From: Candidatus Latescibacterota bacterium
GTDB taxonomy: Bacteria > Latescibacterota > UBA2968 > UBA8231
Assembly: GCA_965215195.1 (NCBI GenBank)
Contig: CBDCDC010000002.1
Coordinates: 2,464,001 to 2,528,000 of the forward strand
DNA length: 64,000 nucleotides
Reading direction: 5' to 3'
Both the position numbers and the translations under genes were made by a program. Positions 9,667 through 20,053 of the stretch are shown in pieces. The notes under the pieces are model-generated. The model ran no database searches. It was not told the origin of the DNA and saw only the letters and a list, made by a program, of their open reading frames with translations. The first letter of the stretch is position 1. Every line of letters begins with the position of its first letter.

Positions 9667-11382
9667 ATGTCCAATGATAGGCCTTGCAAAGGCAGTAGAG
9701 CAAATGTGGCGGCGGTTTTGCTGCTGACGATACTGGTGCCCTCAGTCCCCACCCAAGGGGCCGCCGAGACTCAATTCGTCGAGGTGACGCGGCAGTCGGG
9801 AATTGACTTTGACAATGTCTCGGGCACTCCTGAGAAGAAGTACATAATTGAGACCCAAGCCGCGGGAGTAACTGCGTGGGACTACGACCTCGATGGGGAT
9901 CCTGATTTGTACTTCACCGTTGGTTCTCACCGCCAAGGGGAAGGTGCGCCGGCAAACGCACTATTTCGCAACGATGGAGGGCAGTTCGCCAACGCAACAG
10001 CAGGTAGCGGCGCTGGCTTGCAGGGATGGAGCATGGGGGCCGCGCCGGCCGACTACGACCTCGATGGGGACGACGATCTCTACGTCACGCGCTGGGGTCG
10101 CAACGCCTTGCTCCGCAACGAGGGCGGGGGCCGCTTCACCGATGTCGCCGCGCTCGCCAAAGTCGATGACGAGCGCTGGGGCATAGGCGCGGCATTCGCC
10201 GACTACGACCTCGACGGCGATCTCGATCTCTACGTCGCAAACTACATTGAGTTCGAGCTCAATGGCCCCCCGTTCTACGACAAGTGGTGTAATCACAGAG
10301 GAATAAAGGCCGCTTGCGGTCCAGCCGGCTTCAAAGCGGAAAGAGATGTCTTATTCCGCAACGACGGAAACGGCCGTTTTAGCGACGTGAGCGCGGCTGC
10401 GGGGATTGACGATCCACCCCGTTATGGCATGCAGGTCGCTTGGGGCGATCTCGACGCCGATGGCGATCTCGACGCGTACGTGACCAACGATGGACACGCC
10501 AATTCCCTATTGCGCAACGACGGCCGCGAGACATTCGCTGACATCGGCATATCGTCGGGGGCTGCCTTCAGCGGCGATGGCCGCGCTCAGGCTGGGATGG
10601 GGGTAGGTCTTGGCGACGGCGACGGCGATGGCTTGTGCGACATCTTCGTCACCAACTTCTCCCAAGACCACAACACGTACTACGAGAATACAGGCACTAG
10701 ATTTTTCACCGACATCAGCGGCCAAGCAGGGCTAGCTGGCAGTAGCCGCCCTTTTATGGGGTGGGCCACCTTCTTTTTCGACTACGATGGCGACACCGAC
10801 CTAGACCTATTCGTCGCCAACGGCCACCTCATGCCTGCCATTGACTTTGCCGGCAGCGGGCTTTCCTATGCGCAGACAAACCTGCTATACCGCAATGACG
10901 GGGCCAGCAGATTTACAGAGGTCAGCGGGCGCACTGGCCCTGCGTTTGGCTTGGCGCGGGTGAGTCGCGGCGCAATCCACGGCGACTTGGACAGCGACGG
11001 CGATCCCGATATAGTAGTGGCCAATCTCGACGCGCCGCCAAGTTTGCTGCGCAACGACAGCGCTCGCCTTTATCACTACCTCGGACTAGACCTGCATGGG
11101 CCACCCGGCAATCGTCACGGGATTGGGGCCTACGTCCTAGTGCGCTCGGGTGGCCGCGAGCAGTATCGCCAACTATTCAGCGGCGACGGGTTTATGGGGC
11201 AAAGTGACCCGCGCCTCATCATCGGGCTGGGCACAGCGCACCTTGTGGACCACTTGGAGGTGCGCTGGCCTTCGGGGCTGGTGCAGCGCTACCAGAACCT
11301 GACCGTAGATCGCTTCTACCTGCTCCATTACCAAGACGGGCTCACAGCCCGAGGAGATGGGGAGAGGACGGGCTTTGAATGA
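9667..11382 (+). CDS. CRTAC1 / ASPIC-UnbV family FG-GAP repeat protein
   Basis: Repeated DYDLDGD.DLYV and LFRNDG.GRF.DV motifs. C-terminal NRHGIGA...GFMGQSDPRL.IGLG...LEVRWPSG ASPIC/UnbV pattern. Confidence 0.92.
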   Translation: MSNDRPCKGSRANVAAVLLLTILVPSVPTQGAAETQFVEVTRQSGIDFDNVSGTPEKKYIIETQAAGVTAWDYDLDGDPDLYFTVGSHRQGEGAPANALFRNDGGQFANATAGSGAGLQGWSMGAAPADYDLDGDDDLYVTRWGRNALLRNEGGGRFTDVAALAKVDDERWGIGAAFADYDLDGDLDLYVANYIEFELNGPPFYDKWCNHRGIKAACGPAGFKAERDVLFRNDGNGRFSDVSAAAGIDDPPRYGMQVAWGDLDADGDLDAYVTNDGHANSLLRNDGRETFADIGISSGAAFSGDGRAQAGMGVGLGDGDGDGLCDIFVTNFSQDHNTYYENTGTRFFTDISGQAGLAGSSRPFMGWATFFFDYDGDTDLDLFVANGHLMPAIDFAGSGLSYAQTNLLYRNDGASRFTEVSGRTGPAFGLARVSRGAIHGDLDSDGDPDIVVANLDAPPSLLRNDSARLYHYLGLDLHGPPGNRHGIGAYVLVRSGGREQYRQLFSGDGFMGQSDPRLIIGLGTAHLVDHLEVRWPSGLVQRYQNLTVDRFYLLHYQDGLTARGDGERTGFE

Positions 11383-11690
11383 GGCGACGACTCCGGCTAG
11401 GCACCTTTCTGTTACTCGCGATGCTTCTCGTCCTAGCTTTGCATATTGAGGGCTGCGGGAAGCAAGAAGAACGGCCTCGGGGACTCTGGCCCGATCTCTA
11501 CGAAAACGACGATGACCGGGATCGCGACGGGTGGAATGGGTACAGTCGAATCAAAACTGAAACATGTGCTCTTCCATCAGCGCATGGCCCGCAGGGAGCG
11601 TCGTCGAATGGGATTGGACGAGAACGAGTTTTTCTTTGGCTTGATAAACAAGGCCATGTACCGGCGGGAGGTAGGTTGAGAAACGTTTGA
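11379..11690 (+). CDS. Small putative lipoprotein (3' part uncertain)
   Basis: ATGA overlap with the upstream stop. Basic N-terminus, hydrophobic stretch, then IEGC. Confidence 0.4.
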   Translation: MRRRLRLGTFLLLAMLLVLALHIEGCGKQEERPRGLWPDLYENDDDRDRDGWNGYSRIKTETCALPSAHGPQGASSNGIGRERVFLWLDKQGHVPAGGRLRNV

Positions 11691-11910
11691 TAGCAGGGTA
11701 GCGCCTCGAAAGTAGGGGGCGCATTGTCGTGTAGTACGGCTGTGTACCAGTGGGGTCTATCGCAATTATCTCACTCCCAAAAGGAGGTTGGAATGGTACT
11801 AAGCAAAAGGATCATTTTGGGTGCGACGATCCTCGGTGTTGGTCTGTCGCGGTCCAAACTTGGGCTCGCGATCCACCGGTATTTTTGCAGTGCAAGCAAT
11901 TGAGGGCGCG

Positions 11911-13086
11911 ATGCGGATCACCAGAGTCAAGACGTACATCGTAGATGGCGGCTTCCGTCCCTGGACCTTTGTGAAGATCGAGACCAGCGACCCGGGCCTC
12001 GTGGGGTGGGGGGACTGTACCGACTGGGGCTCGCCCGGACCCGTGGCGGCGACGGTAGAGCGGTACGCTGAGCGGATTATCGGCAAGGATCCAATGGCGA
12101 GCGAGGCGATCTGGTGGGAGCTATCCGCCTTCTCGGTTCGCCACACGGGAGGCATTGCCTACAAGGCGATGTCCGGCATTGACTCGGCCCTGTGGGACAT
12201 CCGCGGCAAGGTTCTAAATGCGCCCGTGTGGCAACTGCTTGGCGGCCGCATGCGGGACCGGCTCCGGCTCTATTGGTCCCACTGCGGTTCGACCCGGGCT
12301 GGACCATGGGCGCAGAAGTTGGGGCTGTGGCCGGTGCGTACGATCGCCGACTTGGAGGAAGTGGCTAGAGAGGTGCTGGAGCGCGGCTTCACGGCCATCA
12401 AGACCAACCTGATGCGCTTGGAGGACGACCCCGAGGGCACCGGTGTGCCAGGTGGCGTCGGCGACGCCTCTCCCTCTGTCCTGCGCCGCGCAGAGCGCAT
12501 AATCAGCACCTTCCGGGAAGCCCTCGGACCGGATGTAGGGATCGCTTTGGATGTGGGATTCCACTTCAAGTTGGGCGGCGCAGCGCGACTCGCTAGAGCC
12601 TTGGAGCCATACGATCTGATGTGGCTCGAGACGGAGACCTTAGACGCCGCTGCGCTGCGGACCATCCGCGAGTCCACGACCACGACGATCTGCACCGGCG
12701 AGAGCCTCTTTGGGACCGCCGGCTTCCGACCTTTCCTCGAACTCCACGCCCAAGACATCGTCATGCCCGACTTGGCCTGGAACGGGGTCGCGATGGGCCG
12801 GCGGCTCGCCGACTTAGCGCACGCTTATGACGTGCTGTTTGCCCCCCATAACTGCCACAGCCCGCTGACGACGTTGGTGTCGGCCAATGTGTGCGCCACC
12901 GCGCCCAATTTCTACATCCTCGAATTCGATGTGGACGACGCTCCGTGGCGGGACGACCTGATGAGTCACCCCTTTGAAGTGCGGGACGGACACCTGATTC
13001 TACCGGAACGGCCCGGTCTAGGATCGGACTTGATCGAATCCGAACTCGAGAAACACCCTCCCGACCACTACCCCGACATGCGCTAA
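11911..13086 (+). CDS. Mandelate racemase/galactonate dehydratase-like enolase superfamily enzyme
   Basis: MRITRVKTY, GIDSALWDIRGK, PVWQLLGG, metal ligands D/E/E (ALDVG, WLE, TGE), APHN. Confidence 0.9.
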   Translation: MRITRVKTYIVDGGFRPWTFVKIETSDPGLVGWGDCTDWGSPGPVAATVERYAERIIGKDPMASEAIWWELSAFSVRHTGGIAYKAMSGIDSALWDIRGKVLNAPVWQLLGGRMRDRLRLYWSHCGSTRAGPWAQKLGLWPVRTIADLEEVAREVLERGFTAIKTNLMRLEDDPEGTGVPGGVGDASPSVLRRAERIISTFREALGPDVGIALDVGFHFKLGGAARLARALEPYDLMWLETETLDAAALRTIRESTTTTICTGESLFGTAGFRPFLELHAQDIVMPDLAWNGVAMGRRLADLAHAYDVLFAPHNCHSPLTTLVSANVCATAPNFYILEFDVDDAPWRDDLMSHPFEVRDGHLILPERPGLGSDLIESELEKHPPDHYPDMR

Positions 13087-15056
13087 TGCTGATAACTACG
13101 CAGGGGCAGCGAGGGCGCGTGTTTACCGCACGAGCCTTTCTCCTCGGTTGCCTGCTGACGGCGTTCCTCGGAACGGGCCCGCTCTACGTCCAGTTCGTCA
13201 ACCACACGGCACCGCTCAACGCCGACTCCATCACGGCCGGTGCCGTGTTCCTGTTTTTCCTGCTCACCTTTGTAGTCAACACTGCACTGCGGAAAATCCA
13301 CCCCCCTTGGGTTTTTACAACGGGCGAACTCGTCGTCATCTACGCGATGATGATCGTGGCTTCCACGATCCCGACGAAGACCCTGATCGCCAATATGATC
13401 CCGGTTCTGCCAGGGGCTTCTTATTACGCCACGCCGGAGAACGAATGGGCCGAGTTGATCGTGCCCCTGATCCCGGATTGGCTCGTGCCCCAAGACCCGC
13501 TCGCAGTAAAGTATTTCTACGAAGGTGCCCCCTCCCACGTCTCGATCCCGTGGAGGGCGTGGCTAGTGCCCTTTGCAGCTTGGGGAATTTTTATTGCCTC
13601 CTTCTTTGCCGTGATGATCAGCAGCATGGTGATCGTCCGGCGCCAATGGGTGGAGCACGAGCGGCTCGTCTTCCCCTTGACCCAAGTGCCGCTGGAGATG
13701 CTCCAGCCTCCCCGCTTAGGGCACGCCCTAGGAGCCCTTTTTCAGCAACCGCTGCTGTGGATAGGGGTCGCGCTGCCTTGGATCGTGCTGAGTACGCACG
13801 GCCTGCATGCCTATTTCAACTACATCCCTAGAATCGAGACCAACACCTACTTTGAGCTATTCAAGGATACCACCCCGTTCCGCGTTCTCCTGAGCTTTTC
13901 CGTCATCGGGTTTACTTACCTAGTGAACTTGGAAATCGGATTTAGCCTCTGGTTCTTTCACCTGCTGATGAAGCTACAGTCGGGCCTGCTGAACATTATT
14001 GGCTACGACATCCCGGGGCGCGAAGAGGTCTTTGTCGGCGGCGGGGGAACGGTCGCGGTCGGCCACGAGGCCATGGGGGCCACCATCGCGCTGGTTTTGT
14101 TCGTCTTGTGGACGAGCCGCCGGCATCTTGCCTCGGTCTTCGGCAAAGCCTTTGGCACGGCCCCGCACGTGGATGACAGGGACGAAATAATGTCCTACCG
14201 GGTGGCGGTGGTGACGCTACTGATCGGGCTGGCCGGCATGGGTCTGTGGCTCAACGCCAGCGGGATGCCGCTGTGGCTCACGCCCTTCTTCGTGGGCACT
14301 GCTTTTGCCGCGTTCTTCGCCCTGACCCGAATCATCGCCGAAGGAGGAGTCGGCTTTTCTCGGACGCAACTCGTCCCGGCCGTGTTCGCGGTCTATACCT
14401 TTGGGACTGGACTCGTGGGGCCCACGGGGCTGACTAGCCTCGGCTTTACCTACACTTGGAGCTCCGAGATCCGCTCCCCCCTGATGGCGTCGGTAATGCA
14501 CGGGCTGAAAATGATGGACAGCATTGGCGTTCGCCGGCCGCGGCCCCTCCTCGGCGCCATTGTGCTGGCGGCGCTGATCGGCACACTCAGTTCGGGCCTG
14601 ATGACCGTGTGGCTCGCCTATACATACGGAGGAATCAACCTACAGCGCTGGGCTTTTATGGGATTGCCCCAGACCGTCTTTGGGTTCGTGGGAGACAAGC
14701 TACAAAACCCCATCGGCGGCGACATCACCGTGCCGCGGATCGTTTTTGCGGGGTTGGGCGGCACCGTCATGGCTGGACTGATGTACGCCCGGCAGCGGTT
14801 TATCAACTGGCCACTTCACTATCTGGGGCTACCCATTGCCACGTCCCTGCCGATCAGCATGGGTTGGTTCAGTATTATGATCGGGTGGCTGTTTAAGCTG
14901 TTTATCGTGCGCTATGGGGGAGTGCGCCTGTATCGGACCATACGGCCCTTTTTCATCGGCCTGATCGCCGGGCAGATTAGCTGCGGTGCGAGTTGGATGG
15001 CTCTAGATTACTTGACGGGCATGGTGGGCAATTGGGTAAGCGTGGGCGTACCCTGA
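13086..15056 (+). CDS. Multi-pass membrane protein, DUF6785/DUF6784 putative peptide transporter type
   Basis: Many TM helices. Motifs GELVVIYAM, IPW.AW..P, RRQW...ERL.FPL, RI.AEGG, WPLH.LG, YGG..LY...RPFFIGL..G. Confidence 0.75.
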   Translation: MLITTQGQRGRVFTARAFLLGCLLTAFLGTGPLYVQFVNHTAPLNADSITAGAVFLFFLLTFVVNTALRKIHPPWVFTTGELVVIYAMMIVASTIPTKTLIANMIPVLPGASYYATPENEWAELIVPLIPDWLVPQDPLAVKYFYEGAPSHVSIPWRAWLVPFAAWGIFIASFFAVMISSMVIVRRQWVEHERLVFPLTQVPLEMLQPPRLGHALGALFQQPLLWIGVALPWIVLSTHGLHAYFNYIPRIETNTYFELFKDTTPFRVLLSFSVIGFTYLVNLEIGFSLWFFHLLMKLQSGLLNIIGYDIPGREEVFVGGGGTVAVGHEAMGATIALVLFVLWTSRRHLASVFGKAFGTAPHVDDRDEIMSYRVAVVTLLIGLAGMGLWLNASGMPLWLTPFFVGTAFAAFFALTRIIAEGGVGFSRTQLVPAVFAVYTFGTGLVGPTGLTSLGFTYTWSSEIRSPLMASVMHGLKMMDSIGVRRPRPLLGAIVLAALIGTLSSGLMTVWLAYTYGGINLQRWAFMGLPQTVFGFVGDKLQNPIGGDITVPRIVFAGLGGTVMAGLMYARQRFINWPLHYLGLPIATSLPISMGWFSIMIGWLFKLFIVRYGGVRLYRTIRPFFIGLIAGQISCGASWMALDYLTGMVGNWVSVGVP

Positions 15057-15154
15057 CTTTGGGGCACAAGTAAAACTGAGGTAGCCATCGCGGCGAAACC
15101 CTTGCAGATTGGGTTCGCGGCATTGCAACGTTACGACTATACCGAGGAAATGCT

Positions 15155-18151
15155 ATGCCCAACGATCGGCTTTCTAACGGCAGTAGAGCCGTCTTGCTGC
15201 TGACGATGCTGGCGGGAGGGGCGCACGGGCAAACGGGCGAGTGGCTGCAACTGCGCGGCGACCGCCAGATGAGCGGCCGGGCCGCGGGGGTCGGTCAAAT
15301 GCGCCACGGGCCGCCGCAAGAGCGCTGGCGCTACGACATTGCCGCTTGGGAGGGCTATGTGGAGGTGGCTCGGCACGAAGGCGACTCCTCGGTGACCTTG
15401 CCCTTTGCCGCTCCGGTCGCTCCCGAGTACATCAGCACCCATGGGCGGGCCTGGGGGATGGGGCCACAGGTTTTTAACCTCGGCGGCGTCGAGGTGGCCG
15501 TGCCGCTGGACAATGTCTTCAAGGTGGCCAAAATCCTGCCCGGGGTAGAGGGCTTGCAGCGCTTTGAAATGGGAAATTCGTTCAGCGACGGCGGGGCCGA
15601 GCCCAAGCAAGGCCGGCTGCTCGCGTACGACAGCGACGAGCCCCGGGTGGTGTGGGAGACCGAGTTCTTTACCAATACTTGGGACCCCAATGTCCTCGTA
15701 GTTGACGTCGATGTAGATGGCCAGCCCGATCTCGTCGTGGCCACCCACTACCGCATCCTCGTCTTCGACGGGGCCACCGGGGCGACCAAGATGCAGTTGC
15801 AGTACCACGGCTATCGCAACTACGGCTGGTTCGGGGCTGCCAATATCGACGGCGATCCGTACCCCGAATTCGGGGTGGTGGCCGATTTCAGCATGCACGT
15901 CGAGGTCATTGACAACGACGGGACGGAACTGACGTTGCGCTGGCTGCGCGACATTCAGCCCGATCCAGCACAATCGACCAAGGTGGTGCGACCCAAACCG
16001 CAGGCCCTAGTCGATGTGGACGGCGATGGCCGCTTCGAGCTGGTGTACAGCATGTACAACGGCCAGTGGCACATCGTCGGCGTGGATGCGCTCAGCGGCG
16101 AGACCCGCTTTGATTTTCCACGGCACCATTTGCACGGTATGGCCGATGTCGATGGCGACGGACGCTTGGAACTGTTCGTCTCGGCCACCACGGGCGAGGC
16201 CCTGCCGACCTATGCGCCGCTGGCGGTCTGGTCCTTGGAGGCGGGGGCGGCAACCGCGCGCTGGAGCCACGAGCGGGGGCGCTTCAGCACGGTATTGCTG
16301 AATCAATTGCCCTTGACGGTGAGCAGCGGGGCGGCCGACGGTTTGCGCACGGTGTCGACCGGCGATGTCGATGGCGATGGACGGCGCGATTTCTTTGCGC
16401 TTGCGCCGGACGGAGCAGGTGAAGTGTTGGTCGCTTTGGGCAGCGACGGCGCGGGACGCATTGGACCGCGGTGGGTGGTGCGCGGTCCGGCCGGGATGAC
16501 CCTCGAGACGGCCGCAGTGGCGGACGATGGGGCGGCCTTGTTGTATCTAAAGGGGAGTGGGCTTCCTAGTCAGGCGCTAATGCTGGAGCGGGCCTCGGGG
16601 GTGCTGCACCAGTGGAGCCGCCAAGCGTTTACCCCGGCCGGTACGCCAGTAGTGGCCGATTTGGAAGGGGATGGCCGGGTGGAAGTGGTCGTGCAGACCG
16701 CGACCCGGGAAGTGCTGTGTCTGCAAGCTCCGGGGGAGGGTGGGGGTGCGCCTCGGCCGCGGTGGCAGGTGCCGGGCTACGGCCAGACCAATAACGCGCC
16801 CTTCCACTGGGGCGTGGTCGCCGCGGACGTGGACGGCGATGGCGGCCGGGAAGTGTTGGCGGCGCGCGAGGCCGCCAGCGGCAACGCCAGCTTGGTGGCG
16901 CTCGCGGCCGATGGCTCCATCCGCTGGCAGACCGAGTTCGTTGGCTTTGACGGCAGTATGCCGATATGGAATTTCAGCGGCCTGTCCTACTGGAGCGCTG
17001 GGCATTTCCGCAGCAATGAGCACATGGATGTATTCGCCAGTTTGCGGCGCGGCAAGTTGGGCAGCGAAGTGGGCTTTTTGCTCGACGGACGCAGCGGCGA
17101 AATTGTCTGGGAATCCAATGGTTTCACCCTGCCCGAGGACGGCAGCGGCCGCAGTCTGGGCGGGCATCCCAGCGCGGCCGGGGATGTGGACGGCGACGGT
17201 CTGGAGGAGATCGTGGTGATGTGGCCCGACCGGCTGCACATTGTCGATGGAGTCGCGGGCACGGCGCAGGTAGTGCGCCAAGCCTATGGGTACACCAACG
17301 GACTCAATGCCCTGTTTGAGAGCGATTCCTTTGTCGGCTATGCGTTCCCAGCCGTGGTCGATTTGTTCGGCGACGGCCGGCCGCAACTCCTCTGGGGCCA
17401 CTGCGGCTACTTAAACGCCGTTTTGGACGGCGATGGCCAGCGCATCTGGCAGACTCCGTACCGCAACAATACCGAGGTGCAATCCCTGATGGGAGTGGGC
17501 GACAGCGATGGCGATGGGACCGTGGAATTGCTGGCTTCGACTGCGGACGGGGTGCGTCTGTTCGAGGCGGCGGACGGCGCAGTTTTGCTGGAATTCGACG
17601 ATGGGGTTCGGGCCCATACGGATGTGGTCTCCGGCGATGTAGATGGCGACGGGCGCGACGAGTTCCTGTTTGCCAGCGGCACCAAGTTGATCTGCGTGGA
17701 ACAGGAGGAAGGGGCCCTGCGTCGGGCCTGGACCCTCGAGGTGGAAGGTCGCAGCAGCGACATCGCCCTAGCCGATGTGGATGGGGACGGCTTTTTAGAT
17801 GCCGTGGTGACGACCGCGGACGGCTATGTAAAGGCGTACGTGGGGGAGACCGCAGCCACCGCGGCACAGGCCGTGGAGCGCACGCCGCCCAAAACGCATC
17901 TCCAGCCGCCTTATCCCAACCCGTTCAACAGTCGGATGCATATCGATTTCAGCGTGGGGCGGGGCGGGATGGTGCGGCTGGAGGTTTTCGGCCCGACTGG
18001 ACAGCGGGTAAAAACGCTGGTAGCGGCGTGGCGGAAACGAGGGGCTTACCGGGTGCGCTGGGACGCGGGCGGTCTCGCCAGCGGGGTGTACGTCGTGCGC
18101 TTGCAAACGGGCGATATTGTGCAGGAGCGCAAGGTGTCGTTGGTCAAGTGA
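15155..18151 (+). CDS. Secreted FG-GAP repeat beta-propeller protein with T9SS type A-like C-terminal sorting domain
   Basis: Many D.DGDG..E motifs. C-terminal YPNPFN...ASGVYVVRL...RKVSLVK. Confidence 0.85.
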   Translation: MPNDRLSNGSRAVLLLTMLAGGAHGQTGEWLQLRGDRQMSGRAAGVGQMRHGPPQERWRYDIAAWEGYVEVARHEGDSSVTLPFAAPVAPEYISTHGRAWGMGPQVFNLGGVEVAVPLDNVFKVAKILPGVEGLQRFEMGNSFSDGGAEPKQGRLLAYDSDEPRVVWETEFFTNTWDPNVLVVDVDVDGQPDLVVATHYRILVFDGATGATKMQLQYHGYRNYGWFGAANIDGDPYPEFGVVADFSMHVEVIDNDGTELTLRWLRDIQPDPAQSTKVVRPKPQALVDVDGDGRFELVYSMYNGQWHIVGVDALSGETRFDFPRHHLHGMADVDGDGRLELFVSATTGEALPTYAPLAVWSLEAGAATARWSHERGRFSTVLLNQLPLTVSSGAADGLRTVSTGDVDGDGRRDFFALAPDGAGEVLVALGSDGAGRIGPRWVVRGPAGMTLETAAVADDGAALLYLKGSGLPSQALMLERASGVLHQWSRQAFTPAGTPVVADLEGDGRVEVVVQTATREVLCLQAPGEGGGAPRPRWQVPGYGQTNNAPFHWGVVAADVDGDGGREVLAAREAASGNASLVALAADGSIRWQTEFVGFDGSMPIWNFSGLSYWSAGHFRSNEHMDVFASLRRGKLGSEVGFLLDGRSGEIVWESNGFTLPEDGSGRSLGGHPSAAGDVDGDGLEEIVVMWPDRLHIVDGVAGTAQVVRQAYGYTNGLNALFESDSFVGYAFPAVVDLFGDGRPQLLWGHCGYLNAVLDGDGQRIWQTPYRNNTEVQSLMGVGDSDGDGTVELLASTADGVRLFEAADGAVLLEFDDGVRAHTDVVSGDVDGDGRDEFLFASGTKLICVEQEEGALRRAWTLEVEGRSSDIALADVDGDGFLDAVVTTADGYVKAYVGETAATAAQAVERTPPKTHLQPPYPNPFNSRMHIDFSVGRGGMVRLEVFGPTGQRVKTLVAAWRKRGAYRVRWDAGGLASGVYVVRLQTGDIVQERKVSLVK

Positions 18152-18265
18152 GCCACAACGTGAAGCAGAGGCAGCGAATGAGTCAGGCCCGCTGCTCCAT
18201 GTACGCGAATAAGGCATCGGCGTTCCTTGGGCCAATTTTCTGGCTAGGTTTATTTTGTCGTTCGC

Positions 18266-18397
18266 CTTACTACACGACACCAGCCCTCAGCCTGCCAAGG
18301 ATCGAGGGCATCTTGCCCTCGATCCCGGACCCATCGGTAACAGCAGAAAATGCGTACTCAAAGTAAGTATCGCCTACTTTAGGTGTCGTGTACTAAG
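18266..18397. mobile_element. 132-bp MITE with 16-bp TIRs and 9-bp target-site duplication
   Basis: Ends CTTACTACACGACACC and GGTGTCGTGTACTAAG (15/16 complementary). Flanked on both sides by GTCGTTCGC (18257-18265 and 18398-18406). Internal palindrome GATCGAGGGCATCTTGCCCTCGATC. Confidence 0.85.
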
Positions 18398-18457
18398 GTC
18401 GTTCGCTAAAGAAAAGCAATATCAAGCGGCATATTACAACTACAACGGAGGAAGTGT

Positions 18458-19411
18458 ATGGCCCGGCATCTTCTGAGTCTATCCCTAATTCTCGCGCTGC
18501 TGGACGTCGCCAGTGCCCAAACCCCACCTGCCGATGGCCCCTTTGCCTTCGCCCTAATCGGGGACATGCCCTACGCTCCGGCCGACAGCGTCCGCTTTGG
18601 GCGGCTCGTCGAGGAAATTAACCGGGCCGAGGGCTTGGAATGGGTCGTCCACGTGGGCGACATCAAGGGCGGCAGCAGCCCCTGTACCGATGGCCTACTG
18701 CAGAGCCGCTTCGAGTGGTTCCAGCAATTTGAACGCCCTTTCATTTTCGCTCCGGGCGACAACGATTGGACCGACTGCCACCGGAGCGGATACCAGCCAC
18801 TGGACCGGCTGGCGCGATTGCGGGTGCTCTTCTTCCCGCGCCCGGGTTGGACTCTGGGTCAGCACCCCATGCGCGTCGGCACCCAAGGAGGCACCTTCCC
18901 CGAGCACGTGCGCTGGACCCACGGGCGGACGAGCTTTGCGGTGCTGCACATAGTCGGCAGCGGCAACGCCACCGCCGCGTTTGACGGTCGCACTCAGGCC
19001 AACGACGAGGAAGTCAAAAGTCGCACCGAAGCCGCCATTGCTTGGATGCGCGCAACATTTGCCCAAGCTACAGAACAAGACCATCGCGCCGTCTTTCTCA
19101 TCATCCACGCCAATCCGCGCTTTGAGAAACGGGAAGACGAGCCGGACGGGCCGTACGCGGCTTTTTTGCAGGCTCTAGAGCAAGAGGTCGTCCGCTTTGG
19201 CCGACCGGTGGCCCTAGCCCACGGCGATTCCCATTATTTCCGCGTCGACAAGCCGCTGCGCCAAACGGCCACGGGCCAGCGCTTGGTGCGCTTCACGCGC
19301 ATTGAACCCTTTGGCACACCCGATATCCACTATCTGCGGATGATCGTCGATCCAGCCGACGGCCATATCTTCCAAGTTCGTGCCGAAATCGTCGAGGCTA
19401 ATCTCGACTGA
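18458..19411 (+). CDS. Secreted calcineurin-like metallophosphoesterase
   Basis: Signal peptide. Motifs GDMPY, HVGDIK, PGDNDW, HGDSH. Confidence 0.8.
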   Translation: MARHLLSLSLILALLDVASAQTPPADGPFAFALIGDMPYAPADSVRFGRLVEEINRAEGLEWVVHVGDIKGGSSPCTDGLLQSRFEWFQQFERPFIFAPGDNDWTDCHRSGYQPLDRLARLRVLFFPRPGWTLGQHPMRVGTQGGTFPEHVRWTHGRTSFAVLHIVGSGNATAAFDGRTQANDEEVKSRTEAAIAWMRATFAQATEQDHRAVFLIIHANPRFEKREDEPDGPYAAFLQALEQEVVRFGRPVALAHGDSHYFRVDKPLRQTATGQRLVRFTRIEPFGTPDIHYLRMIVDPADGHIFQVRAEIVEANLD

Positions 19412-20053
19412 GCCTATATAGCGTAGAAAATCAACCGTATGCTGCGCATGGGCCTTGGGATAGCGTTGCATGAGGAAGGTCCCCTTGACCACAGGTTTGA
19501 CGTTGCCGCCCATTTTCAATAGCCACCTCAAGGCGTTGGTCTCGGCGTCCCCAACCATATCCGCAGGCATCTGCCCAACACAGGTGCGACTTATCGAGAA
19601 AAAAAGCACTGACCGCACCGGCTTCGATCTCGGCTTTATGCGCCGCTCGTTTTTTTATCTCTTCTCGTTGGTCCAGCCCCTGTTGTGGATCGGCTTGGGG
19701 CTGTCGAGCCGGCGTCTTTTTCTAGCTATAGCCCGCCTGAGAAGCCGTCTGAAAACTAGGGTTTCGCTCTCGGCCTTGACTCCAAGCCGCTGGGATCGAG
19801 GGCGTCTCGCCCGCGAAAAACGCCGGACGCCGCGGTCGCTGGACCGCCTTGCAAAATTGGCTATGCGGTTGAGTTCGTCGCGGCAGATGTCGTAGTCGGG
19901 GAACTTTAACGGCGATCCGAACACGAGCTCGCCGCTATCCACATCGATGTCGGTTCTGTCGAGTTCAGCTTTCAACTTGCACAAATAGCTGGCAAACGGG
20001 TTGTCTTCTGATGGGTCAAAGGAATCCATAAGATGATTCAAACTGGCCTGACC

